DNA from: the human T2T-CHM13v2.0 reference genome, Homo sapiens
DNA: 64,000 nt
Assembly: GCF_009914755.1 (NCBI RefSeq)
Contig: NC_060929.1
Reading direction: 5' to 3' (one strand)
Shown here piece by piece: positions 25,561-37,302 of the stretch; within the stretch, counting starts at the first letter, position 1, and every line of letters starts with the position of its first letter. The position numbers were made by a program, and so were the translations under genes. Under the pieces are notes generated by a model. The model ran no database searches. It saw only the letters and a program-made list of their open reading frames with translations, and was not told the DNA's origin.

Positions 25561-25769
25561 GTTACTGCACAAGGATCCAGAGTGAGACCCACAGCGAGAG
25601 TTCTCAGACATCTGTGCAAGGCAACTGCTTCCATGAGCAGCACCAAGAGACCACATGCTCCAGGAAGATGCACATGGAGCATGCCAGCTGACTAAGTGTG
25701 CAAGGCCGGCTTCAGGAGGGTCTCCATGCTCTGGCAAGAGCAGGCACAGCCTCCAAGGCCAGAAACCCT

Positions 25770-26130
25770 CCCTGCATCGACTTGCCATGCAACCCTGAGC
25801 AAATCACTTAATTTCTTTTGTCCCTATTCTCTATCCTGTAAAATAGTTGATGATATCATAATAACAATGAACTACATTACAACATATTTAATGGATCAGG
25901 TGGAGTATGGATGACAAAAAGGTGAGCAGTGTTTCAGCAGTGTTAAACTTTTGGAGTGCATTTATGATCATTCTCACATTTATTCTCTCCACAGAACAGT
26001 GCATGGGTCTTGCTATGCCCATTTTATAGAATAGAAAAGTGAGGCACAGCTACTTAACCCAGGTCGCACAGCTAGATCACAGAAACACTAAGACTGGCCC
26101 CTAAGCCTCCCTTCTGATATACTTTCTGAA
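25770..26130. mobile_element. Two MIR fragments (plus at 25770-25900, minus at 25960-26130)
   Basis: gcaaatcacttaa..ctgtaaaata; cccatttta..gaggcacag..ccaggtcgcacagctag. Confidence 0.7.
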
Positions 26131-26689
26131 CTATGAAACTTGAAAAGTCACCATCCCCTATTTGAACAGCAGGAGTAGGCACAGGTGACCCAGTGGACCC
26201 AGAAGTGCATCACTACCCTGAACTTGACTTGCTGCAGGACCTCTGATCACATCCCCTAAGTCCCTGGCCCTTCTCTCCAGCTCAGACCTGCCACTGTGAG
26301 GGGTTCCTGGGACCAGCAGTGTTCAGATAGACTAGCTGGGGGATCCCAAGGCCCCGAATGCCTAGGATAGACATCTCTCGGCTGGCTTTATGCAGAGCAA
26401 ACTATTCTGAGGCTGAAGGGGCGTTGGATGCCACGGTCCGTCCCGCCTGCTTTCTGGGTGCTGCTCTCACTTTGCAGACTGCTCACAACAAACAGCAACC
26501 ATCTATTTCATTCTGACCGGTTCTCACACTAGAACACTTAAATCCATTCTTTCTTTCTCTTGCTTTCTCAAAGCAAAAGAATCCATAAGGCAAAAGGAAA
26601 TAATCACTGTATCTCAGACTCACAATAATGGAGCATAATTGCTATTTTCGTCTTGGTACTTGACACACATCATCTCACTTCTTCATCAG

Positions 26690-26870
26690 AATAGTGCCAC
26701 AAAGTTGTCAGTATTGTTTGTTTTCATTTTCCACAGATGAGTGAATTGAGGTTCCAAGAGGTTAAATCTTTGCTCAGGGTCACACAACTGGTAAGTCAAT
26801 AAGCTCAGCTTTAAAGCCCTGATTTGGCTGGTTCCAAAGCCCAGGTTTCTCCAGAAAATGTGATGCTCTT
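26690..26870 (-). mobile_element. MIR
   Basis: acagatgagtgaattgaggttccaagaggttaaat..ggtcacacaactggtaag. Confidence 0.85.
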
Positions 26871-27054
26871 TCTGGGATGGCCCTGAAGAGTCTCTGTTTA
26901 ACAATGCAAGAGAGTTGGCAATCTATTTTTTAAAGTCTTTTATGAAAAATGATCAAGTTTTTCTAATGATACTTTAAGAAAGGAAGAATGTAAATACTAT
27001 TATGTGTTGTAATTCACCTTTTCTTACAAGGATTTTTTTCTAAAAGCCCCAAGT

Positions 27055-27290
27055 AGTTTGGTACAGAGTCAAATACCTGGAGCTGGAATCAAACTGGCTG
27101 GAGTTCCAGGCCCTGCCCCACCAAGGGCTAACATTCAAACTTTAACATTCTTGTGCCTCATTGCACTCAAGTTCATGTAATGGTAATAACAATACTTTGC
27201 TTGTAAGGTTGTTAGGAATATTGAAATAACGTATGGTGCCTTAGCCCATAGGCCTCAATACTTGAGGCTTCTTATTGGTAGTAATAGTAG
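27055..27290 (+). mobile_element. MIR
   Basis: ctggaatcaaactggctggagttc..taataacaatact..aaggttgttagga. Confidence 0.6.
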
Positions 27291-27399
27291 TATCAACATA
27301 ACAATGTACATGATTGACTTAAAGTAATTAAACTATGAGACACCAGCCAGCCAGTGTCATAAAATAGGCAGATCACGACAGAGAGGGTGCTTTATTACT

Positions 27400-27800
27400 C
27401 TTAGTAACTACCAAAATGATATTGTTAGTTGCTAGAATAACCTGCAGATTATAAATAGGGAGCTGCAAACACACATGGGACCAGGGGCTCTCTTCAAAGG
27501 GTTGCTGTTTCAGATAGAGGGCAAGAGTGACTTTGAATCTGGCAGTCTCTGTGGCATCTGCTTATGGGAGGTAGTACTGAGAGATGTCTTGTTTCTTGGC
27601 CAGGGTGACACGATTTGTGATTTATGCCCCTTATCACACCAGGGCTCAGCAAGCAGCAGCCTCTCTGCAGGGGAGACGCATGGCATTGCCATCACACGGA
27701 ACCCGATTGTGCCATCTGGCAACAATCGGATTTCGTGTGATGGCAGAAATGTACATATACTCTCTGGAATTGATGCAGAAAAAGTGGTTTTAAATTTTTT
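27400..27800 (-). pseudogene. Two tandem PKD repeats
   Basis: LPDGTIGFRVMAMPCVSPAERLLLAEP and, about 255 nt further on, SHVCLQLPIYNLQVILATNNII, matching SH.Y...G.Y.L.V.A.N.IS. Confidence 0.7.
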
Positions 27801-28072
27801 TATTAACATATATATTTGACAAGCCTATAGATTCATGTTACTAATACTAGGATATATGATCTCTTAAAAGAAGACACATTGAACCACTTTCATAAACACT
27901 ATAAAAAGTAAAGGACTACATATAAATCCCACATTTTGAAGCATCAAAAACAACAATAATTGCTTTAATTTCATGCTCTTGCACTTATATCATTTGTTCC
28001 CACTTTTAATCTGTTAGCTTAAAATCTTCAGCTTCTTTACGAGTACTTGTGTAAAAGTTGACTGAAGCTTAC

Positions 28073-28247
28073 TATTCAGTACGTATGATGTATGTCAAAT
28101 CAAATATACTATCATTTGCTAACAGTCACTTATAGACAGCAGAGCTCAGTTAAAATCTACCAGTAATTAGAGTCAACACTGGATGTGTTAACAGGGCCCA
28201 TGTTAATGGATGTGCTAATTATTCTTCTCTGCGACAGACCCTGGCAC
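28073..28247 (-). pseudogene. Pseudo-exon: PKD domain
   Basis: aaacag| ... |gtaagc. Reads ISTSINMGPVN ... FDIHHTY with several stops. Confidence 0.5.
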
Positions 28248-28429
28248 CTGTTTGGTTTCAAGTTGGGACAAAGAGAGATTCTAGAATGATAGAGGAAGGA
28301 GGTCATCCAGGCCAATCCCTTCATTATACACAGGCAGAGTTTCAGAGTCCAAGATACACATCAATTATGGGATCTCTGTTTCATGAGAAATGCTAAGAAG
28401 ATAATAAAAATAAACTACTACAGTGTGAA

Positions 28430-28900
28430 TACTTAAAACTGCACATGGAAAGGGGAATCATTCATTAATGGGGAAAATACAAAGAGTAAGAATAAATGGC
28501 TCACCCTAAGATTGAAGTGATTAATAGGAATTCTCCCTTGGGATCCATCAATAGCAGGACCATTATTCTCTGGTATATTTATTAACAACCTGTAAGATGA
28601 ATGAGGTGAGAAATAGTTGAATTTGATGACAAAATGGAAAGATTTAGGAAAATAGTAAACTATTATAGGAAAAAAATCTGAGAAAACCCTATATTAAACT
28701 AAAATAAGGGGGAAAAAAGAAGCGTGGACACATTGGAGCCTCTCGGAAAAAAAAAGAAAGTTATTGTGCATTATTCAGAAAGAATCTCTTCTGAATATTC
28801 AAGAGCAGACTGAATTTGATGAAGGACTCTGAGAATTGCTGTGAATAATTTTGTTAATAAATAAGCACAGACTGAACTAGTAGACACCCATTCTGTATGA
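28430..28900 (+). mobile_element. L3/CR1 reverse-transcriptase fragment
   Basis: QRVRINGS ... GPLFSGIFINNL, matching CR1 RT QRV..NG...QGSVLGP.LFNIFINDL. Confidence 0.65.
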
Positions 28901-29865
28901 GATAAAAAATAAGTCAGCTTCTGCCATGCCATGACCAGCCCATTCTGGTTTTTAGGGCTCTATCACTTCTGGCCTCTTAGGACTCTTCCTTAACTTATCC
29001 ATCACGTCAGACTTCTCTGCAACTCTTAACCCCTCCAGCCTTACTAATTTGTGCCTAACTGACACCCGGAACCAGACACAGCTAACAATCTCCAAAGTGG
29101 TGCACCTACCTATGCCCTTCACATGCAAAATATTTAGAGCCAAAAGAATGGACCACCTGCTTCCTGAATGATCAAGCAAGATGAGAAAGCACAAAGTGTT
29201 AGGTACACAGAATGTACGGCTGCCTTGCGTTGTGAAAATTTGCTTAGAAATTCCAAGTTGTGAGTAAATGTGAAACCTCCTCTAATTGCTCATAGTCCCA
29301 TCAGTAGCATCTGCCAGCAGGCATAGGAGCTCTTTTTTTTCTTTTTCCACTCAAGTCACCACTGGATGTGGAAGCCATCTTTCCCTCTTTGTTCCACCAC
29401 TGACACAGGTGACCATGGCACTGCAGATGGCTCCTACCATAGCACTGTGGGCTCTCACATCTTGCTTATATTTCAAGACAATGTGAAAGTATGGGAAGAG
29501 AGAGACACAGCAATAGGCATCTGTCTTGGGTGAGTAGGAATTTCCATGTGTAACATGTCCTGACTTGCTGAGAATCTTTGTGCCTTGTGGGAGGCTCATT
29601 TGATTCTGCTCCACCTCCATGGCTTGCTTCTCCAGGTGTTGTGAGCCAGCTCCTCACTGATGTGTCAACACACCTGATTAGCCTGCAGTGGCAGGGTTTC
29701 CACACTTTCTGGAGAATACCCTTCATTTCTCTGGATGGAAGCCCAAAAGATTAAAGTCCATTAAGATGTCAAAGGAAAATAGAACTTTAATACCCTTAGC
29801 TAATGATCTTCTGGCAGGCTGTCTCTTTCTCCCTCTGTCTCTGTCTCTCTCCCCCTGCTACCTTG

Positions 29866-30082
29866 ATATATACACACAAACTAGGTATTTATTATATATT
29901 ATATGTATTATATATTATATACTAATATATTTTCTGAATACATATATATTAAGAAACAGAATATATATTCAGAAAATATATTTTAGTATATATTATATGT
30001 ATTAATATAGAACTGTGAGAAATAGAATATATACATACTATTTTATATACTATCTCTATATATATTTAAAATATATGTATGT
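29866..30082. repeat. AT-rich (TA)n-derived low-complexity tract with internal inverted repeat
   Basis: atattttctgaata ... tattcagaaaatat arms. Confidence 0.85.
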
Positions 30083-30086
30083 ACAG

Positions 30087-30431
30087 AGCCTTAGCTCAGG
30101 CTACTACAACAAGAATACCAGATAGACTGGTTGGCTTAAACAAAAAAAAACATCTTTTTCTCACAGTTCTGGAGGCTAGAAATCTGAGATCAGGGTGCCA
30201 GCATGGTTAGGTCCCGGGAAGGGCCCACTTCTTGCTTTCCTTGTATGGTAGAGAGTGAGAGGAGGCAATCTTACTATTGTCTCTTCCTATAAGGCTACTA
30301 ATTCCATCATGATGGTTTCACCTTCATGGTCTAATTACCTCCCAAAAGCCCCATTTTCCAATACCATCACATTGGGGATTGGGGGTTTAACATGTGACTA
30401 TTAAAGTGACACAAACATTCAATCCATAGCA
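30087..30431 (-). mobile_element. MLT1A0-type MaLR solo LTR
   Basis: ctcacagttctggaggctagaaatctgagatcagggtgccagcatgg ... acaaacattcaatccatagca. Confidence 0.9.
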
Positions 30432-31301
30432 TATATATGTGTATGTATATGTATATATTCTTACAGAAGGTAAGATCACGTGGATAAAAACATGTTAAAA
30501 AGGAAGCTTCTATATATGCAGAGAGATCACATAAAACTTGTTTTCACATAAAATATGGTTTGTAAAATTTTCTTCAGTTGAATGTCACCATAGAAAGTAA
30601 CTAAAGTTAGAGTCTAAATTATTTCAACAGTAGTTGTTGAACTTATGAGAATAACAATGAGCCCTGAATAATAGTATTCTTGTATCCAAGGTTCAGCACA
30701 TACAGCTGTGGGGATAAAGCCTGCTGTGCATGATACAGGCCGGCATAATTGTTCAGTTATGGCACCCAGGTGTCAGCCCTTCCACTAAACTTTATAATAT
30801 GGTCATGGACACCCCCCAAGGTGTTATGGAAGACAAAAGGGACCATAACCATGAAAATTTATACATGTAATTATCATAGTTCTCATAGCAATAATGTGCA
30901 TATCTGTTAATTTTTTAAAAGTGTCTCTATACTTCTGGTGGGTGTTTTTTGGTATTATAGTTTAAATTGGGTGTCTCTAGATAAAGTTAGATATTGACCA
31001 TTGTTGAAAATTACCTGGGGTGACTTTACCACCTGACAGCTTCTTTAACCTAATGAGTCATCAAACACAATTGAACTTGAAATGTCCACCTCTGTTAAAT
31101 GGGGAAAAAAAAATTGTTAAAGGCTATTAGAATAAAATGAGAATAGAAATATATACACATATATGAGCATTTTATAAATTGTTATGTCTAATATGTACAT
31201 ATGAATACATATATTTATTCCTCCTTGTTAAAATTCTATGTGCAATAGTGGAAATTCAGTATAAAGTAGGACTTTAGTGCATTCTATTAAGGAACATTTA
31301 C

Positions 31302-31540
31302 CTGAGGAACTAAGAAGATTTTGCTCAGCAAGGAAACCTTGAATGGGAGAGCTCCTCCTCATAAGAATCTCAAGAGTAATGCTGTAATTGTGAACTTCAG
31401 CATGAAAGATACATCTATGATCATGTTTAAGGCATACATATATTTGAAATGAGATATTGTCAAAGGAAAAATCTTCCCCAGTAGAATCATTCATACTTAA
31501 GGAACTAATGAGATCATCCACATAGATAATGAATCCATTA
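31302..31540 (-). pseudogene. Pseudo-exon (239 nt, 79 open codons): PKD-like
   Basis: Acceptor gatttctctttcaag, donor cag|gtaaat, 90-nt AT-rich intron to the upstream exon. Contains LKHDHRCIFHAEVHNYSITLEI. Confidence 0.6.
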
Positions 31541-31630
31541 CTTGAAAGAGAAATCAAATTGTAAATTTATATCCTGTATTTCCACTGATGTATATAAATA
31601 TTGAATGAAATATGAATAAAAATACCTCAC

Positions 31631-31715
31631 CTTATCACTCATGTGTCCAACTGAACCATTTCCAAAGTAAATAAAAAAAGTCGCGTTGAAATTACTTCTA
31701 GTTTTCATGATCTCA
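31631..31715 (-). pseudogene. Pseudo-exon (85 nt): PKD-like
   Basis: Acceptor ttatttctcttcccag, donor aag|gtgagg. Reads EIMKTRSNFNATFFIYFGNGSVGHMSDK (YFGNGS resembles DFGDGS). Confidence 0.6.
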
Positions 31716-32317
31716 CTGGGAAGAGAAATAATTTTATTCAATAGTCTGCTGTAACTCTGTCATTATGCTGTAGTGAGGTAATTTGCTAAAACAGCTGCCT
31801 CTAATGAGTAAACCTTTCCATCTGGCACATCCAGTATAGATACAAACAACTTCATCAGTTTTAAATAAAAAAGTAAAGAAGAGGAACTCTATTTCATGAA
31901 AAAATAAATAATTCTATTTTATGAAGTGGCTCTTGAACTAAACACAGGATAAATGCATTTTGAGGAGAAGACCATTTCTGTTTCTCTTGCTGGAGCCGTT
32001 TTGTCTGTTCCCAGGCTAAGAGCTCACAAACTTGTTCCAAATTTCTTTTTGCCATGTTGATAATGTGGATAGATTATAAATAATTATATATAATCTGGAG
32101 AGATTATAAAACAATTCAGTATAGGTCTATAATAGATTCAACACACAAGAAAACCTAGACAAAAGGAATGCTCTTGTAATATGTTAACTCAAAACTAGAA
32201 TGAGTAAACATGTTTTTCATAATATCTACATTTTTTAACTTATCTTTTATTCTGAGAAATTATTATTAGGATCTTAATGTAAAGCCGCATTCCATTCAGA
32301 AATCCTTGATACCTCAC

Positions 32318-32359
32318 GTGGAACTTTGACTAGCAGATATTCAAAGAAACTTTTGCTAC
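32318..32359 (-). pseudogene. Possible 42-nt phase 1-1 pseudo-exon
   Basis: ttattcag| ... |gtgagg with open frame SKSFFEYLLVKVP. Short, could be chance. Confidence 0.3.
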
Positions 32360-32457
32360 CTGAATAATTGGTGGAAAACTGCATAACACTATAATCTTCT
32401 TAACTGCTAATTATTTGGGGTCAGTTTTTATAAAATATTAACTCTTCCCTTTACCAT

Positions 32458-32895
32458 TGTGATAGTTAATACTGAGTGGCAACTTGATTGGATTGAAGGA
32501 TGCAAAGTATTGTTCCTGGATGTGTCTGTGAGGGTCCGAAGGAGATTAACGTTTGAGTCAGTGGGCTGGGAAAGGCAGACCCACCATTAATCTGAGTGGG
32601 CACCATCTAATCAGCCACCAGCATGGCCAGGATATAAAGCAGGCAGAAAAATGCGAAAAGACTAGCCTGGCCTAGCCTCCCAGCCTACATCTTTCTCCCA
32701 TGCTGGATGCTTCCTGCCCCCAAACATCGGACTCCAAGTTCTTCAGTTTTGGGACTCAGACTGGCTCTCCTTGCCCCTCAGCTTGCAGTTGGCTTATTGT
32801 GAGACCTTATGATCACGTGAGTTAATACTTAATAAACTCCCCTTTATATATTTATCTATGCTATTAGTTCTGTCCCTCTAGAGAACCCTAGCACA
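32458..32895 (+). mobile_element. MLT2A-type ERVL solo LTR
   Basis: tgtgatagttaatactgagt..aacttgattggattgaagga; 5-bp TSD accat at 32453 and 32896. Confidence 0.95.
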
Positions 32896-33289
32896 ACCAT
32901 GTATCTGTTACTATTTTTCAGCAAATATCTGGGCTTAGATTTGAGTGACCAAATTGTCTATTTTACTTTATTTTTAACTACAGACATTTTGACTTCTGGT
33001 GAATGAAGTGCAGGCTGCTCAATTTTTCTTTTTCATGAAGCTGATTTATTTAGGCTTAGTTTTAGAAATATAGGTATTACAATTTCTCAGGTTCCTAACA
33101 CTGCATGCTTCCTAGGTTAAAATAAAGTTTAGATATATATGGAATTGTGTAGAAAAAAGTCATAGGGTTTAGGTTAGAATCAGATTTCATAGCACTGATC
33201 TTACTAAAATGTTTTCTAACCAAAGGCAAGCTAACTGTTCATTAAAATGGAAGCCACTGAGATGAATATGTCAGGGATTCTCAATCCAA

Positions 33290-33500
33290 GTGCTGACATT
33301 CTGGCTAAAAGAGCAGTAAGAGATGGATGATATAGGCACAGTCTTGGCATGTCTGAGCCCTGTGCCAGAAGGTTATCAGCCCTTTTGGGGGAGATAATAT
33401 CTGCAGCTTTAATTTTCTCTCTGACTACCAGGCATAATGTAAAATTAATGTGCATCATGTCAAGGTTATGGCAAGGCATTGTTGTCTGGAAGGGAAAACT
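33290..33500 (-). pseudogene. Pseudo-exon: PKD domain C-terminal strand and linker
   Basis: Within ORF 33231-33614: FQTTMPCHNLDMMHINFTLCLVVREKIKAADIISP, like V.A.N.VS..N.T..V.V.E.I. Confidence 0.6.
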
Positions 33501-33757
33501 GTTTGCTCCCCCGCCCTCCAAACACTTGCACATACCGTGATAATACATTATTAAAAAGCACATTTCTTTGTCATTGTCAATAGTGGTGAGCCAGTAAAGG
33601 ATATTTTCCAGCACTCATTATGCAGGAGGAAGTTAAGAGACTTCTAAAACTCAGTCTTAAAACAAAGAACATACTTTGTTTATTCATAAAACAAAAATAG
33701 TTCCATCTTATCTAGCATTAATAAAAATAAAGTCAAACAAGACATTTGTTCAATTAC

Positions 33758-33911
33758 CTTCCTGGTATTTGAATTGTAAATCAGTAATTCTTGGACTTTT
33801 ACCTGATCCTACAAACCAGTGATGGGTCTCCAAATTTGTATTTTTGTCCAGAACCATCCCCAGACCCAGATGACTCTAAAATAAGCAGCTGGTAGAGAAT
33901 TATGATTCTGC
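33758..33911 (-). pseudogene. Pseudo-exon: PKD domain
   Basis: Acceptor cttttcctatctttttcag, donor aag|gtaatt. Reads RVIWVW/GDGS ... DLQFKYQE(G) across frameshifts, like PKD WDFGDG...H.Y...G. Confidence 0.65.
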
Positions 33912-34740
33912 CTGAAAAAGATAGGAAAAGCTTTATAACAATAACATCTCTTGTATTCCCTCATCATCTGACTCTTCTCATAGGTCTAGCCTTATACACA
34001 AACTCACAGATGGAAGAAAACTCCAGTATTTTTTATGATAAAGATGTGTTCCTTGAGGGTAGAACAGAGGATTATAAACATTTTCCTAATGGAAGAAATC
34101 TATAGATAGGCAGAACCAAAAGGAAATAAATGTTTGCTAAATAAATTTCAAAAGAACAAGATTAAATTCAAGCAAATGAGTTATAAGAATAAAATTATGG
34201 CAAAAGGATTGTTATAAAAACCAATGTCCATGCTACAGTTTTGTTAACAGTGATGAAAACAAAATGTGCCCTCTTATCTGATTTAAAGTGTTGAAAGATG
34301 AAGATAGATCCCTTTTCCCTGAACATATTAAATTCAAGTCTAAATAGTCCTCCAAAAGTAAATTGATTTTAACCTTGCTCACATTTTCTCTACTTCTCTC
34401 TTCAGTAGCTAATAATGTGTAGTATTACATGTGGATTAGGCACAATACTAGAGCCTTGTGAAGAAGACAGGTCTCTAGGAATATGACATGTGAGAGCCCT
34501 CCTGATGTTTAGCTAGGTTTTTGAAAAAATAAATAAATAAATAAACAAACAAAAACTAGTGTAAAATAAAGAGACATAAACTGAATTTAAATAATTAGTA
34601 CAACCTATTATAAGGAAAAGTCAGGATAATTTTAAGAGCTATCTCAGTTTGCCACATTTATAGCTGCTAGGCGCTCAGGCTTCAGATATTTTGTAGAATC
34701 CTTGCCAGGGTCATTCTACCTTGCCTCCATGGGAGCAGGG

Positions 34741-35089
34741 TGTATTAGTCAGCTTGGGCTGCCATAACAAAATACTACAGACTGAATGGCTTAAACAACA
34801 GACACTTATTTTTACCAAGTTCTGGTGCTGGCAAATTTGGGTTTTGGTAAGGGCTGTCTTCCTGGCTCCCTTCTCACTGTATCCTCACACGGCCCTCCCT
34901 CTGAGCTTGCTTGCTAATATCTTTTCCTCTTCTTATAAGGTATAGGTATTCTATTGGATTAGGATCCCATCCTTATGAACTTATTTAACCTTAATAACTT
35001 CCTTATAGATCCTGTCTCCAAATACAGTCACATTGGAGTTGGGGGTTCCAATATGAATTTTGGGGGAACAAAATTCAGGCTATATTACA
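34741..35089 (-). mobile_element. MLT1A-type MaLR solo LTR
   Basis: tgtattagtcagcttgggctgccataacaaaatac ... atatgaattttggggg. Confidence 0.9.
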
Positions 35090-35729
35090 GGTTTAAGGAA
35101 CACTTAAGATGGGACCATAGGTAGCCCATGGGCCACATGTGGATGTGCTAGAACAAGTCCTTCCTTCCTCTCAGTAGATGTAGTTCTGTCCATTAGGGTG
35201 GACAGCTATGGATTTGATTCTGGCCCCTAATTACCTTATTAGTCATAAGTTCTTTGCAGGGCACAACTTGTTCAACCAAAAGTGAATTTGAAGAATCCAA
35301 AGAGGAGTCTTGGGCAACTTTGGACCTCAATAATGACAAAAAGAGCCTTCAGCAGAGATAACCAGAGGCCAACTTTCAAATATTGGTAGAATAAAAACCT
35401 ATCCTAAAATATCTCACTTCCATTTTAGACAGCTACTAGATAATCCAGCATGCCAGACATAGAACTTAGATTCCACCAGACTCAGGTTTAGATCAGAATA
35501 CACCCCCAAGCACCCTGATGCATACCTGAGGAAAACACAGGAGCATCCATAACCCAAGCAGAAATCTACCTAGGATCCAAACTAAGTACATCTATTTATT
35601 TAGATCACGGTAGCACAGAGAGCAGCTTCTAATAAAAATCAGCCTAGTCCCTGAGAAGACTTCATTCATGAAAAGTACCAGAGGTCAGGCTTGACCCCCT
35701 GGATTGCCCTGGCTGGAGGCTCCTTAAGG

Positions 35730-35930
35730 AGAACCAGTGTTGTACAATGGATAAGATGCCAGGTTCTGAGGCCAGGTTGTCTGGATTTGAATCCTGGATC
35801 TACCCTGTGATGGCTGTATGACCTTGGCCAAGTTACTTAACATTCTATGCTTCATTTCTCTCATTTTAAAAATGGCTATAATTATATTGCCTATTTCAGA
35901 TTGATTGTGAGGATTAAATAAATGAGTACA
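35730..35930 (+). mobile_element. MIR (tail resumes at about 36255)
   Basis: tgaccttggccaagttacttaac..gattgtgaggattaaat. Confidence 0.9.
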
Positions 35931-35931
35931 C

Positions 35932-36253
35932 ATATACTATCACTTATTTAAAATTCTCAAACCAAAGAAGTGAAAACCTAAAAGATTTTTGTGCCCCTTT
36001 AGAGACAAAAACTGACAAACTTATTTGGCAGGAAAGCTTGGTTTGGTCTGAAATTAGACTATGTATAATCCTTATTCATCCCACTTAGTGTTAATATTCA
36101 TATTTTGCTACAGAAATATGAAAATATATTTGATTACAGAGTGCTGCCTCAGACTCAGCTTGAGATATAAGGTTATATTTGGTATACACACCTTTCTAAA
36201 ATAGGAAAATACAAAATTGGCTCCTAGGGTTGCAGATAAGGAATTGTAGACTT
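35932..36253. mobile_element. MER46C-like TcMar-Tigger element
   Basis: atcccacttagtgttaatattcat..tgattacagagtgctgcc..gataaggaattgtaga. Confidence 0.75.
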
Positions 36254-36474
36254 AGAACAGTAACTAGCACTTAGCAAGTCTATTTAAGTGTTAGCTTTTA
36301 AAAGACTGTCCTGTGACTAAGTGTTCCACATACAGAAAGGGAGATCAGTGACCCTATCTGCTCCATAAACTTCAACTTCAAGTTACAGAATCATAGGATA
36401 ATAGAGCTAGGAACAGGCTGAGAGATGATTTTTTCCAGTCACACATTTTGTAGATACCAAAAACAGATACTAAG

Positions 36475-37302
36475 CTTCTGACCATAAAGGAGTAACAGGG
36501 TCCAGATTTACCCTACCACCTGAAATAACCAAAAAATATATTATAAAACAGTTTTCAGTAGGACATCAGTCAATGAAGAACAGTGATCTCAAGGAGATGG
36601 AATACAAAAAGGTAAGCCCTATGATTGCCATAGTTAACTGACTGGAGAAAGTTTCCAGGCAAGGACAGGAAATACAGACAGAGCTTGGTAAAGTCCTTGA
36701 GTTGTGACCAAAGTGGATAGAGTTTGCAAGTCAGAGAGCTAGACAGAAGAGACATACATAGAGATGGGACTTTGGAGATCAGCAGAGCATCCCCTGGAGT
36801 GTACAGCTGAGTGCTATCTATACATGCATGTGAAGAAACTGCCTGAGGCTGGGAAAAGAAACACTCAAAAGAATGAAAAGGAAAAGTACCCAGCACTTAC
36901 ACAGGACTGGGAATTGTGCCTCCTGTTCCCATGAGCCAGAATGAAAAGAAAAAAACAAAACAAAACAAAAAAAACAACAACAAGATTTATGGTGCATTGG
37001 GGTAGAATACACAAAAGGATCTTTTCTCAGTCATGGAGAATAATTAGCCCTAGACTGAATACTATTCTGGTTCTGCCTAAAATATCTTAAAAGCAGAACC
37101 CACAAGGCTGAAACTGTTTTCTAAATAACTTAAATGAGTCCCAGAACAAAACTTAAGAATACGTATAGGAATATAAAATATTCAGCAGCCAATAAGGTGA
37201 AAACCACAAAGTCTGGGATACAATAAAAAAGGACCAAGCATACAAAGAAGCAGGAAAATATGACCCATAACAGGAAACATAGTCAATCAAAACTGACACA
37301 GA
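36475..37302 (+). mobile_element. Old L1M (L1ME-type) 5' end; outermost element of the nested stack
   Basis: ggagtaacagggtccagatttaccct 5'UTR start running into the beginning of ORF1. Confidence 0.75.

Noticed and set aside
28920-29830. GC-richer segment that might be a degenerate LTR retroelement
   Set aside because: Could not assign termini, TSD or family by eye.
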